From IMG/VR virus record IMGVR_UViG_3300038318_000358, positions 1-24,128 of that record: DNA of 24,128 bases; one strand, given 5' to 3'. This document shows, one piece after another, positions 1 to 7,425 of the stretch (positions within the stretch are counted from its first letter, which is position 1; each line of letters begins with the position of its first letter). Made by a program: the position numbers and the translations under genes. Origin of the DNA: a virus. Its lineage: Duplodnaviria > Caudoviricetes. A model generated the notes under the pieces. The model saw only the letters and a program-made list of their open reading frames with translations. It had not been told where the DNA came from and did no database searches.

Positions 1-59
1 GGTAGCGCGCATGGTTTGGGACCATGATGTCGCAGGTTCGAGTCCTGTCACCTCGACCA
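1..59 (+). tRNA. tRNA-Pro(TGG), 5' end outside the window
   Basis: The window starts in the D-loop (GGTAGCGCG). Anticodon stem CATGG(10-14)/CCATG(22-26) with loop TTTGGGA (anticodon TGG, 17-19). T-arm GCAGG-TTCGAGT-CCTGT. Encoded 3' CCA at 57-59. Confidence 0.95.
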
Positions 60-60
60 T

Positions 61-112
61 ATAAGAACGCTAATATTGATACGGTAAGTGTCAACATTAG
101 TGTTCTTATTTT
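61..112 (+). terminator. Long 22-bp hairpin immediately after the tRNA (probable terminator/processing stem)
   Basis: ATAAGAACGCTAATATTGATAC (61-82) pairs with GTGTCAACATTAGTGTTCTTAT (88-109), with two G-U pairs and one mismatch. 5-nt loop, followed by a short T run. Confidence 0.55.
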
Positions 113-119
113 ATACCGG

Positions 120-145
120 AAAAGCCTGTGTTTACGGGCTTTTTT
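120..145. terminator. Rho-independent terminator, possibly bidirectional
   Basis: AAAA-GCCTGT-GTTT-ACGGGC-TTTTTT, between the convergent tRNA and recombinase transcripts. Confidence 0.7.
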
Positions 146-239
146 GCGTTTTGTGGGGTTCTAAACGCAGATAGTCTACCTTTGAAAAGCTGCGTTTTCG
201 ACCGAATCAAAGCCATCACCCGCACCGATGCTTTCGATT

Positions 240-297
240 GCTCGAAATAGTTTCACTTTTTTCATGGGGTTTCATTTTTCGCTCAAAAATAGTTTCA
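240..297. repeat. Short direct repeats with a GTTTCA core (TGAAAC on minus)
   Basis: GCTCGAAATAGTTTCA (240-255), GGGGTTTCA (266-274), GCTCAAAAATAGTTTCA (281-297). Confidence 0.55.
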
Positions 298-342
298 TAC
301 CCGCGCTTACGCTTAGTTATCCCGATAAAAAGAGGCTGAGCC

Positions 343-1926
343 TTACAACCCAACCTCAATCTCTGTTCCGTTTTTGAACTCGAATACCATCCTGCCGTCG
401 TGGAAAACCGTAGCCTTATTGAGCAGTGCAATCCACAGCCTTTCGTCCCATTCATCGAGGACGAGTGGCTGTTTCTTTAGTGCCTCGATGAACAACCGGA
501 GCTCTCGGTCTTGGTCATACTTTCGATTTTTCTCGGCGGTCACCTCAGCAAAACGTGCTGTCGCTTTCTCGTAGCGGCTAAGGAGTTCGTTGTACTTCTT
601 AGCGTATTCTTTCTGCGATTGTACCGTAGAGGCGTTTTCCCTGACACAGGCTTTGACCATCTCCGCCACAACCGTAATTTCCTCGTTTAGGCTTTCCAGT
701 TCTACGTCCAGCGCTGTAGTGTCGGAAAGCACCCGCCGCATGGAAGCACAGTCCGAAATAACGTTTTCTCGGTCTCCCATCAGGCGATTGTAGGCAATCA
801 GGAACTTCCGCTGGATGGTTTCCGTGTCCAGATGCGGCGTTGCGCATTTCATCTCGCCCTTGAACTTGCTATTGCACCGCCATACCATCTTGCGGTATGG
901 GTCGTTGGAGTGCCACACTTTTTGACCGAAGAATCCTCCGCAATCACCGCATACCAGCTTCGATGAGAACACGCTGTTGCCGCTGTACGCTCTACCGAGT
1001 GACCTGCGCCGCGCAATCTCTGTCTGCACCATGTCCCATTCAAATGGCTCAATAATAGCGTCATGGCTGTGTTCCACATAATACTGTGGAACCTCGCCCT
1101 CGTTGACCTTCATCTTTTTGGTGAGGAAGTCAGTCGTGAATTTCTTCTGCAGGAGTGCATCGCCTTTGTACTTTTCGTTTGAGAGAATGCTATTTACTGT
1201 GGTTTGGCTCCATTTCTGCTTGCCGGACGGTGTCGGAATGCCCTGCTGCTCTAAGTATCGGCAGATGCCAGCGGGCGTTTTGCCCTCAAGAAATAGCCTA
1301 TAGATGAGCCGAACAATTGCGGCTTCTTCTTCGTTTATCACAGGTATACCGTTCTCTCCTTTTTCGTAGCCGAGAAACTGTTTATACGGCATACTGACCT
1401 TGCCGTCTGCAAAGCGCTTTCGCTGCCCCCAAGTTACATTTTCCGAAATGCTCCGACTTTCCTCCTGAGCTAACGAACTCATTATCGTGATGAGTAGCTC
1501 GCCCTTGCTGTCGAAGGTGAAAATGTTCTCCTTTTCAAAATAGATTTCCGTGCCATGCTCCTTCAGCTTCCGGACGGTAGTGAGGCTGTCCACGGTATTG
1601 CGGGCGAATCGGCTGACCGATTTCGTGACGATAAGATCAATCTTACCGGCGAGAGCGTCCTTGACCATCTGCTTGAAGCCATCGCGGTGCTTGGTGTTTG
1701 TCGCCGAGATACCTTCATCCGTATAGACCCCGACGAACTCCCAATCCTCACGGGATTGAATGTAATGCGTGTAGTAATCCACCTGTGCCTCGTAGCTGGT
1801 TTGCTGTTCCTCGCTGTCTGTGGACACGCGGGCATAGCCAGCCACCTTGCGCCTCGCCACCAAAGTCGCCGGCAGAGCCGTGAAGCGATTTTTGGTGGCA
1901 GGTATTGTTGTTACTGATTTTGGCAT
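343..1926 (-). CDS. Large serine recombinase (resolvase catalytic + recombinase + zinc-ribbon/coiled-coil domains), 527 aa
   Basis: YARVSTD catalytic serine motif, IVTKSVSRFARN, AQEESRSISEN helix, CGDCG...WRC...C zinc ribbon followed by a long coiled coil. RBS AAGGAG upstream. Confidence 0.95.
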   Translation of the reverse strand: MPKSVTTIPATKNRFTALPATLVARRKVAGYARVSTDSEEQQTSYEAQVDYYTHYIQSREDWEFVGVYTDEGISATNTKHRDGFKQMVKDALAGKIDLIVTKSVSRFARNTVDSLTTVRKLKEHGTEIYFEKENIFTFDSKGELLITIMSSLAQEESRSISENVTWGQRKRFADGKVSMPYKQFLGYEKGENGIPVINEEEAAIVRLIYRLFLEGKTPAGICRYLEQQGIPTPSGKQKWSQTTVNSILSNEKYKGDALLQKKFTTDFLTKKMKVNEGEVPQYYVEHSHDAIIEPFEWDMVQTEIARRRSLGRAYSGNSVFSSKLVCGDCGGFFGQKVWHSNDPYRKMVWRCNSKFKGEMKCATPHLDTETIQRKFLIAYNRLMGDRENVISDCASMRRVLSDTTALDVELESLNEEITVVAEMVKACVRENASTVQSQKEYAKKYNELLSRYEKATARFAEVTAEKNRKYDQDRELRLFIEALKKQPLVLDEWDERLWIALLNKATVFHDGRMVFEFKNGTEIEVGL

Positions 1927-3215
1927 GGTTTTTTACTCCTTTTCCTCATTTTCTCTGCTGCTGCCTGCCGCATTTCTGCTGTCCAACTCTCGGAACGTGA
2001 GCGGTCTTGCCATGTAGCTTTTTCCGTATGCCCATCCGTAAATATAAACTCCAGATTGTTGTTCGGCAGTGCGGTTATAAAGGCAATGCGCTCAGCAAAT
2101 ATGTTCTCGTTAAAGGAGTTGCAGCCGAGCACATCGGCGGTAACGGCTTTGAGCGTGTTCTCTGGTATCTGCTTAGAAGCACAGTGTTTTTTGCCTTTAG
2201 TGTTATAAGTGGAACAGACCCAAGTAATACAGGTGGGCGTGGTCTTGCGGCGGTAGTTTTTTCCGCAGAGACCGCAACGTATCTTGCCAGTGAAGGCTGT
2301 GGTCGTGCCGGGTTTAATCTTAACGCTGTCCGCCCGTCTGATAAGCTCCTGCTGTACTGCATTAAAGGTCACACGGTCGATGATAGGCTCGTGGGCATCC
2401 TGAACGTGGTACATGGGAAGCTCTCCGCGGTTAATCCGTGTTTGCTTTGTCAGATGGTCGGTGCGAAAGGTCTTCTGTAAAAGCAGGTCTCCAGCGTATT
2501 TTTCATTTCGCAGCATCTTGCTGATGGTATCTTGGTGCCATCTTCTTTCAAAACGCGTGGGAACGCCCAACTCATTGAGCCTGTTGGCGATTGCCTGTCT
2601 GCCGAGCCCTTGGAGATACCATTTGAATACCAACCGTACCGTTTCGGCTTCTTCGGGCACTATCTCAAAAACGCCGTCCTTTGCCCGGTATCCGAGTATC
2701 GTGCAATCCCACGGCTTTCCAGCTTCGAAGTTACGCTTGATACGCCATTTTTGATTTTCGCTTGCTGATAGACTTTCTTCTTGCGCATAGGATGCCAGAA
2801 TGGTCATCATCAGTTCCCCCTCGGCACCCATCGTGTGTATGCTCTGTTCTTCGAAAAAAACGTCCACTTCCAGCATTTTCAGCTCTCGCACGGTTTCCAG
2901 TAGAGTAATCGTGTTTCGAGCAAAGCGGGAAATGGACTTGGTAAGTATCAGATCAATGCACCCTGCGCGGCAGTCGGTAAGCAGCCTTTGAAACTCGTCA
3001 CGGCATTCCTTGGTGCCGGTAATCGCCTCGTCAGCATATACACCGGCATATTCCCAATCGCCGTGCTCCTGTATCAGCGAACTGTAATACGTGACCTGCG
3101 ATGAGAGCGAGTGCAGCATTGCGTCTTTGCCACTGGATACGCGGGCATAGGCAGCGACGCGCTTTTTTCGCTTCAGCTTCGGTGGATAGTATACCTTTTT
3201 TATTGTTTTAGGCAT
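1911..3215 (-). CDS. Large serine recombinase, 434 aa
   Basis: YARVSSG, ILTKSISRFARN, AQEESLSASEN, CGLCG...WVC...C zinc ribbon. It lacks the long coiled coil of its neighbour and overlaps the downstream recombinase by 16 nt. Confidence 0.95.
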   Translation of the reverse strand: MPKTIKKVYYPPKLKRKKRVAAYARVSSGKDAMLHSLSSQVTYYSSLIQEHGDWEYAGVYADEAITGTKECRDEFQRLLTDCRAGCIDLILTKSISRFARNTITLLETVRELKMLEVDVFFEEQSIHTMGAEGELMMTILASYAQEESLSASENQKWRIKRNFEAGKPWDCTILGYRAKDGVFEIVPEEAETVRLVFKWYLQGLGRQAIANRLNELGVPTRFERRWHQDTISKMLRNEKYAGDLLLQKTFRTDHLTKQTRINRGELPMYHVQDAHEPIIDRVTFNAVQQELIRRADSVKIKPGTTTAFTGKIRCGLCGKNYRRKTTPTCITWVCSTYNTKGKKHCASKQIPENTLKAVTADVLGCNSFNENIFAERIAFITALPNNNLEFIFTDGHTEKATWQDRSRSESWTAEMRQAAAEKMRKRSKKPCQNQ

Positions 3216-3424
3216 ATTTTCACCCCCTCGTAGTGTGACATATTACCTCTGATACTACTATATAGCAAGTCGTTATCCCGGAATAAACTACACGAAGATA
3301 AGCCATATTTCTCAGCCATCATTGTATCAATTATGACGTACTCAGCCTCGGTGATAATACCCTCCGACAGCATCCGACGCGCCTGTGCCATAGCGGATTT
3401 GTAGCCAAGAATACGATCATTCAC
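3200..3424 (-). CDS. Small SHOCT-like protein preceding the recombinases (about 74 aa)
   Basis: MLSEGIITEAEY resembles the SHOCT LxxGxIsxxEy pattern. GTG start at 3424 with RBS GGAGGT. Overlaps both neighbouring genes. Confidence 0.65.
   Translation of the reverse strand: MNDRILGYKSAMAQARRMLSEGIITEAEYVIIDTMMAEKYGLSSCSLFRDNDLLYSSIRGNMSHYEGVKICLKQ
3238..3295 (-). promoter_or_regulatory. Repeated promoter/operator motif, copy 1 (inside the small CDS, upstream of the recombinases)
   Basis: Minus strand TTGCTA-17 nt-TAATAT-GT, with TCGTGTAG box upstream. 23/32 nt identical to copy 2 over the core. Confidence 0.7.
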
Positions 3425-3812
3425 GGCTGACACCTCCGAACCGTGCGGCGATATAGCACTGGTGGGAGCAATATTTTCGCGCCTTGCTCCCTATGCTCAC
3501 AAAGGACTGACCGCAGTTCGCACATGTCAGGTGGTATTTTGTTCGGGACTTACTGCCACGGTTGGCATACCACCACGCCGCGCGGCACTTGTCAGAACAG
3601 AATTGCCGTGCTCTGTGCTTGTCCTTTACCTTGATGGGCCTGCCGCACTGCCTACAGACCGGCGCGGTGGATACGGTTTCTTCACTGAGACGGGTCCGGC
3701 GGCAGTAAGTCTTTATCGTGTTTTCCGAAATTGACAGCATCTCCGCAATGCTCGCGTAGGTACAGCCGCGCTGCCGCATTTCATGAATCTGGTTTTTCTG
3801 GTCGGTCGTCAT
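3417..3812 (-). CDS. HTH (sigma-70 region 4-like) protein with two Cys4 zinc-binding repeats, 131 aa
   Basis: N-terminal TYASIAEMLSISENTIKTYCRR helix-turn-helix. CRQCG...FCSDKC and CANCG...YCSHQC motifs. RBS GGAGG. Confidence 0.8.
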   Translation of the reverse strand: MTTDQKNQIHEMRQRGCTYASIAEMLSISENTIKTYCRRTRLSEETVSTAPVCRQCGRPIKVKDKHRARQFCSDKCRAAWWYANRGSKSRTKYHLTCANCGQSFVSIGSKARKYCSHQCYIAARFGGVSRE

Positions 3813-3878
3813 AACCTTGTCCTCCGTTCTGAGGAGCCTTCCTCAAAACTCGCTGGACATGAAAAGGCCGCTTTGACG

Positions 3879-3918
3879 AAAAAAAGAAGCCCGCTGAAGA
3901 AAAATTCCTCGGCGGGCT
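3879..3918 (-). terminator. Rho-independent terminator after the lysis cassette
   Basis: Minus strand AGCCCGCCGAGG-AATTTTT-CTTCAGCGGGCT followed by TCTTTTTTT. Confidence 0.85.
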
Positions 3919-3981
3919 GTAACTGTAGATCAACGTCTTAACCTTTGGTTTATGAATTTGTGGCGGGAAACGGACTATTCT

Positions 3982-4707
3982 TTATTCGCTGTACTTAACA
4001 AAGGCGTCAGAGAAACCAGCCGCCTTGATCTTTTTGAGCATAGCATCGGCATTTGACTTGACGGAAAACGCGCCAAGCTGGATACGGTAGTATTTCTTCG
4101 GCGTGTCAGATTCAGCGGTCGTTTCCGCTGCCGTCAACCCAGCTTTAACCTCCGCACGGAAGGTGTCCATAGATTTCCCGTGCTTGGGGAACCAGTGCAT
4201 CACATCGCCGTGGTTGCTGGCGATGCCCAGTTCATGCCCCTCGCTGTGGCAGATAAGATACGGCCGCTCCGGGCGGATGCCGTACTGTTTGCAGAGATAT
4301 ACGCAGAGCTCCACGGCTTCCTTGTAAACCGCGTTGAAATACGCGGAATCCGTGAGATTGTCCTCGCAGATCTCGAAACTGATGTGCGTATCGTTGCCGG
4401 AGCCTTGGGAGCCGCTCCCGCAGTGCCAGCCGCGTATATTCCACGGCAGGGTCTGGTAGGTTGCAATCGTCCCGTCCGCCAGCTTGCCGATAAAAGCGTG
4501 GACACAGACCTGCCGCCCGCCAGGCTTATCGGTGTTCCAGTGGTTATTGTATTGGTTTTTTCCCAGCAGACCGTCGTCCGGACCCACATAGCGCTTGAGA
4601 TTGGGGTTGTTCGCACCGGTGGAATGTACCATGATGCCCCGTGGCGTGATGGTTCTGCCCTCTTTGTAGCAGGCGTTGTTCGTCAAAAGCAGTTTGTGCA
4701 GGTTCAT
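3982..4707 (-). CDS. Endolysin: N-acetylmuramoyl-L-alanine amidase (Amidase_2 type) with C-terminal SPOR-like domain, about 241 aa
   Basis: GIMVHST, GWHCG, ISFEICE and CHSE zinc-amidase motifs. C-terminal YRIQLGAFSVKSNADAMLKKIKAAGFSDAFV is SPOR-like. Start reassigned to the ATG at 4707 after GAGGAGG. Follows the holin. Confidence 0.93.
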   Translation of the reverse strand: MNLHKLLLTNNACYKEGRTITPRGIMVHSTGANNPNLKRYVGPDDGLLGKNQYNNHWNTDKPGGRQVCVHAFIGKLADGTIATYQTLPWNIRGWHCGSGSQGSGNDTHISFEICEDNLTDSAYFNAVYKEAVELCVYLCKQYGIRPERPYLICHSEGHELGIASNHGDVMHWFPKHGKSMDTFRAEVKAGLTAAETTAESDTPKKYYRIQLGAFSVKSNADAMLKKIKAAGFSDAFVKYSE

Positions 4708-4708
4708 G

Positions 4709-5122
4709 TCATTTGTCCTCCTCATCTTTGCGGTCATGAAGCTGTTCCAGAACCGCCTTCAGTTTTTCGGGGATGGGAAGCCCCAGATGCCCCGCGTTTT
4801 CCAGAATGGACACACCCTCGTTGGAAAGGTAGAAAAAGATAACCGCCGTGCGCACCGCGCCGCCGTCGCCCAGTACCTGGCTGTCAATGATGTTTCCAAC
4901 GCCCACCAGCGCGAAAATGAGCACTTTCTTGGATATGCCCTTGAAGCCGATTTCGCTGGAGAGTTGTTTGTCGGCAATCGCGCACAGTACGCCTGTCAGA
5001 TAGTCGAGAACCACAAACGCCAGCAGTGCGTACAGAAAGCCGTCCCATCCGCCGAGAAACCATCCGAGAAAACCGCCCACAGCCGCCAGCGCGGCCTGAA
5101 TCCAGATCCAGATTTCCTTCAT
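4709..5122 (-). CDS. Phage holin (holin 4_1 / toxin secretion-phage lysis type), 137 aa
   Basis: Hydrophobic segments with DYLTG, LSSEIGFKGI.KK and NEGVSILENAGHLGLPIP motifs. Immediately upstream of the endolysin. Confidence 0.93.
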   Translation of the reverse strand: MKEIWIWIQAALAAVGGFLGWFLGGWDGFLYALLAFVVLDYLTGVLCAIADKQLSSEIGFKGISKKVLIFALVGVGNIIDSQVLGDGGAVRTAVIFFYLSNEGVSILENAGHLGLPIPEKLKAVLEQLHDRKDEEDK

Positions 5123-5156
5123 CGTAAAACCTCCGTTTCATTGTTTGGTATGTATG

Positions 5157-5188
5157 AAAAAAGCGCTCCCGCCAAAGCAGGAACGCTT
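5157..5188 (-). terminator. Terminator-like hairpin between tail fibre and holin
   Basis: Minus strand AAGCGTTCCTGC-TTTG-GCGGGAGCGCTT followed by TTTT. Confidence 0.75.
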
Positions 5189-5201
5189 AAGTTTGCAGCC
5201 G

Positions 5202-6905
5202 TTACAGCGACAGAAGCAGTTCGGAAAGCTGAGTCATCACCGCCGCCCGCGGTCTGCCCGTGCCGAGTTCTTCCCAGTCCGGCTCTGGAACGGCGAAACC
5301 CGAGTCGGTGCTGTATTGGTTGATGACCGCAATCACCGGCTCCACGGCGGTACGGATTTCCAGAATGTGAAGCGGCCAGTTTTTCACTTCCGTTTTTCCC
5401 GCCGTGATTTCCTCGCTCCACGAAACCGGCGCAAGGCCATAATACTCGCGGACAGTGTTGACGGCGGTGCGAAGTGCCGTGATATGGATTGCTTTGACCT
5501 TGGTTTCATTGGCCGCAATCTCCTCAAACGGAGACGCCAGCACGGTCAACGAGCGGGAAACTTCCGCGCTGGGCGCTTCAAAGTCAGGATTGACGCATCG
5601 CACCGTGAGCGTCTTTACTCCCGCCGTCTGTGATTCAGCCTTGAACATCACCGCCGCACTGCCGCCGACTGCGCCGCTGGGAGAAAACAGGGACGGATTG
5701 TTTACGCCATCCTGCCAGCTTCCCGCGCCGATTTTCACCTGCACCACCTGCTCATTCGGCTGCGTGCCGGTGGTCATCAGCACGCGGGGATTCGGGTTGT
5801 AGGTGGAAGCACCTGTTTTCGGCGCTGCGATTGCCGGCTCGTCGCAGGCAGCCGCCACGCAGAGAATGGTGTTGGACACCTGCTCGGCGGAATAGACATC
5901 CAGCGTGTCAATGGTCCACAGGCCGTATTTCGTGTAGGTGCCGGGCGTGGTGGAAGCCGCCGCCGTGCGCGTTCCGGAGGACGCCGATAAATTAAAGGTT
6001 TCCAGCACGTTCCACGATGTCCATGTCGAACCGTCCGTCGAGGTTTTGCTTGCCAGCATGTAGCCTTTTATGAGACTGGTGCCGCCGGACGCGCCGCTCC
6101 ATGTCAGCGTAATCGGCCCCTCGCTGTAAACCGAAGGGGACGCCGTCAAAACGGACGCCTTTTCGGGCGGCGTGTTTTTCCGCACGGAATTGGAGGAGAC
6201 TGTCCAGCCCGAATAGTAGCTGGAGCCGGCGGAACCCTGTGTGCGGATACGAAACCGGCGGTAACTGCCCCTCGCAGCGGGCGGAGCAACGGATAAACTT
6301 CCCGATGCAGAGGAAGAAGAAACGGTAGTCAGCGCCGTCCAGCTTCCCCAGTCGGCATTGTTGGCAGAATCGCTGTACTGAATTTCAAAGCCGGTAATGG
6401 CGTTGTTCGTCCCGGCGGATGCGCCGCTCCACGAGAGCGCGGCATTTCCTTCCGCCACCGTCGGGGAAACGGAGCAGGCGGACGGTGCGCCGCAGGCTGT
6501 GGTCAGAAGCGCGGAGCTGGTCACGGTATAGGAGGAGTTGTCAATTACCCCGGAACTCAGCGACATACGCCCATCCGACACCACCCGGAAGCGCACGCCC
6601 TGTGCGGCATTGCCGGTTGTGGAGGAACAGGTCACCGTCACGTAGCGGTAGCGGGGCGTGGTGCCGTCCCAGTTGTCGTTGTCGGCCGCCTTGATGCGCA
6701 CCTGCCCGGACGAGCCGTTGACGGTGATGGTGCATAAAAGCGCGTAGCCGCTGTGGATGTAGGAGCCGGAGGAGCCAAGCGCCGCCGCAATGGTAAAGTT
6801 GTAGGTCATCTGGCTGTTGTTCGGCCGGCTTTTGGAATAGGTGATGGTGTATTTGACCGTTGGGCCGCTGCCCGCGCTTAGTACAACGCCATTGATATCC
6901 GCCAT
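5202..6905 (-). CDS. Tail fibre / receptor-binding-like protein with fibronectin type III-like repeats, 567 aa
   Basis: Last gene of the tail module. Ser/Thr/Gly-rich beta-type sequence. Two repeats with L(S/T)WSGAS.GT..I.G(F/Y)...W.SW resemble FN3 domains. Confidence 0.7.
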   Translation of the reverse strand: MADINGVVLSAGSGPTVKYTITYSKSRPNNSQMTYNFTIAAALGSSGSYIHSGYALLCTITVNGSSGQVRIKAADNDNWDGTTPRYRYVTVTCSSTTGNAAQGVRFRVVSDGRMSLSSGVIDNSSYTVTSSALLTTACGAPSACSVSPTVAEGNAALSWSGASAGTNNAITGFEIQYSDSANNADWGSWTALTTVSSSSASGSLSVAPPAARGSYRRFRIRTQGSAGSSYYSGWTVSSNSVRKNTPPEKASVLTASPSVYSEGPITLTWSGASGGTSLIKGYMLASKTSTDGSTWTSWNVLETFNLSASSGTRTAAASTTPGTYTKYGLWTIDTLDVYSAEQVSNTILCVAAACDEPAIAAPKTGASTYNPNPRVLMTTGTQPNEQVVQVKIGAGSWQDGVNNPSLFSPSGAVGGSAAVMFKAESQTAGVKTLTVRCVNPDFEAPSAEVSRSLTVLASPFEEIAANETKVKAIHITALRTAVNTVREYYGLAPVSWSEEITAGKTEVKNWPLHILEIRTAVEPVIAVINQYSTDSGFAVPEPDWEELGTGRPRAAVMTQLSELLLSL

Positions 6906-6921
6906 TTTAAATCACCCCATT

Positions 6922-7425
6922 TCATTCATAGACCGCCGTAATCAGCGAATTGACCGTGCCGCACAGGGCAGTGTCCAGCCTTTTGTCCGTCAGATGCTGC
7001 GTGGCGATATATACCGCGCCGGCAGGAATCTGAACATCCGCCAGAACCAAATCATAAAGATTGTCGTTTCGGGTAATGTCCGGCGCGGAGGGAGAAGCCG
7101 CCGCCGTTCCCGTCAGCACCGCCGCGGAAATCTGGCGCGCCACCGCGTCCCAGCGGATCACCGCCCGGTCGATGCGGGGGCTTACTCCATCCGCCGCCGC
7201 AAGCGTCAGGTTCAGTGTTTCGGTATTTTCATAAACATAGCCGTTGATCCACGCGCTCCCGGCGAGGACATTCACCGACAGCCCGCCGCCCGGCGTCACG
7301 CGCAGATTGTCTGAATTACTGTAGAAGATGCCGTTGGACACCAGCTTTGCAAAATATCCCGCGAAGTCGGCGGCATCGTACATCCGGTCGCCGCTCGTGC
7401 TGTTAAAAAACCCGCTTTTCTCCAT
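6922..7425 (-). CDS. Minor tail/baseplate structural protein, 167 aa
   Basis: SGFFNS..GDR.Y.A.DFA.YF and PRIDR.VIR motifs typical of siphophage baseplate/fibre N-terminal domains. Located between the hub protein and the fibre. Confidence 0.75.
   Translation of the reverse strand: MEKSGFFNSTSGDRMYDAADFAGYFAKLVSNGIFYSNSDNLRVTPGGGLSVNVLAGSAWINGYVYENTETLNLTLAAADGVSPRIDRAVIRWDAVARQISAAVLTGTAAASPSAPDITRNDNLYDLVLADVQIPAGAVYIATQHLTDKRLDTALCGTVNSLITAVYE

Noticed and set aside
1-59. tRNA fragment as a duplicated att core
   Set aside because: It cannot be judged. The tRNA is cut by the window edge, and no second copy of its 3' end was seen in the window.
240-300. Possible mini CRISPR array
   Set aside because: The repeats are too short and degenerate, the spacing is too small for spacers, and there are no cas genes.
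216-455. 79-aa minus-strand ORF overlapping the recombinase end
   Set aside because: Out-of-frame overlap with the recombinase, running into the repeat/att region, with no RBS. Probably spurious.
5202-6905. Possible diversity-generating retroelement target or invertible tail-fibre shufflon
   Set aside because: There is no reverse transcriptase, no near-identical template/variable repeat pair differing at adenines, and no inverted alternative fibre cassettes in the window. The recombinases are large integrase type rather than invertases.
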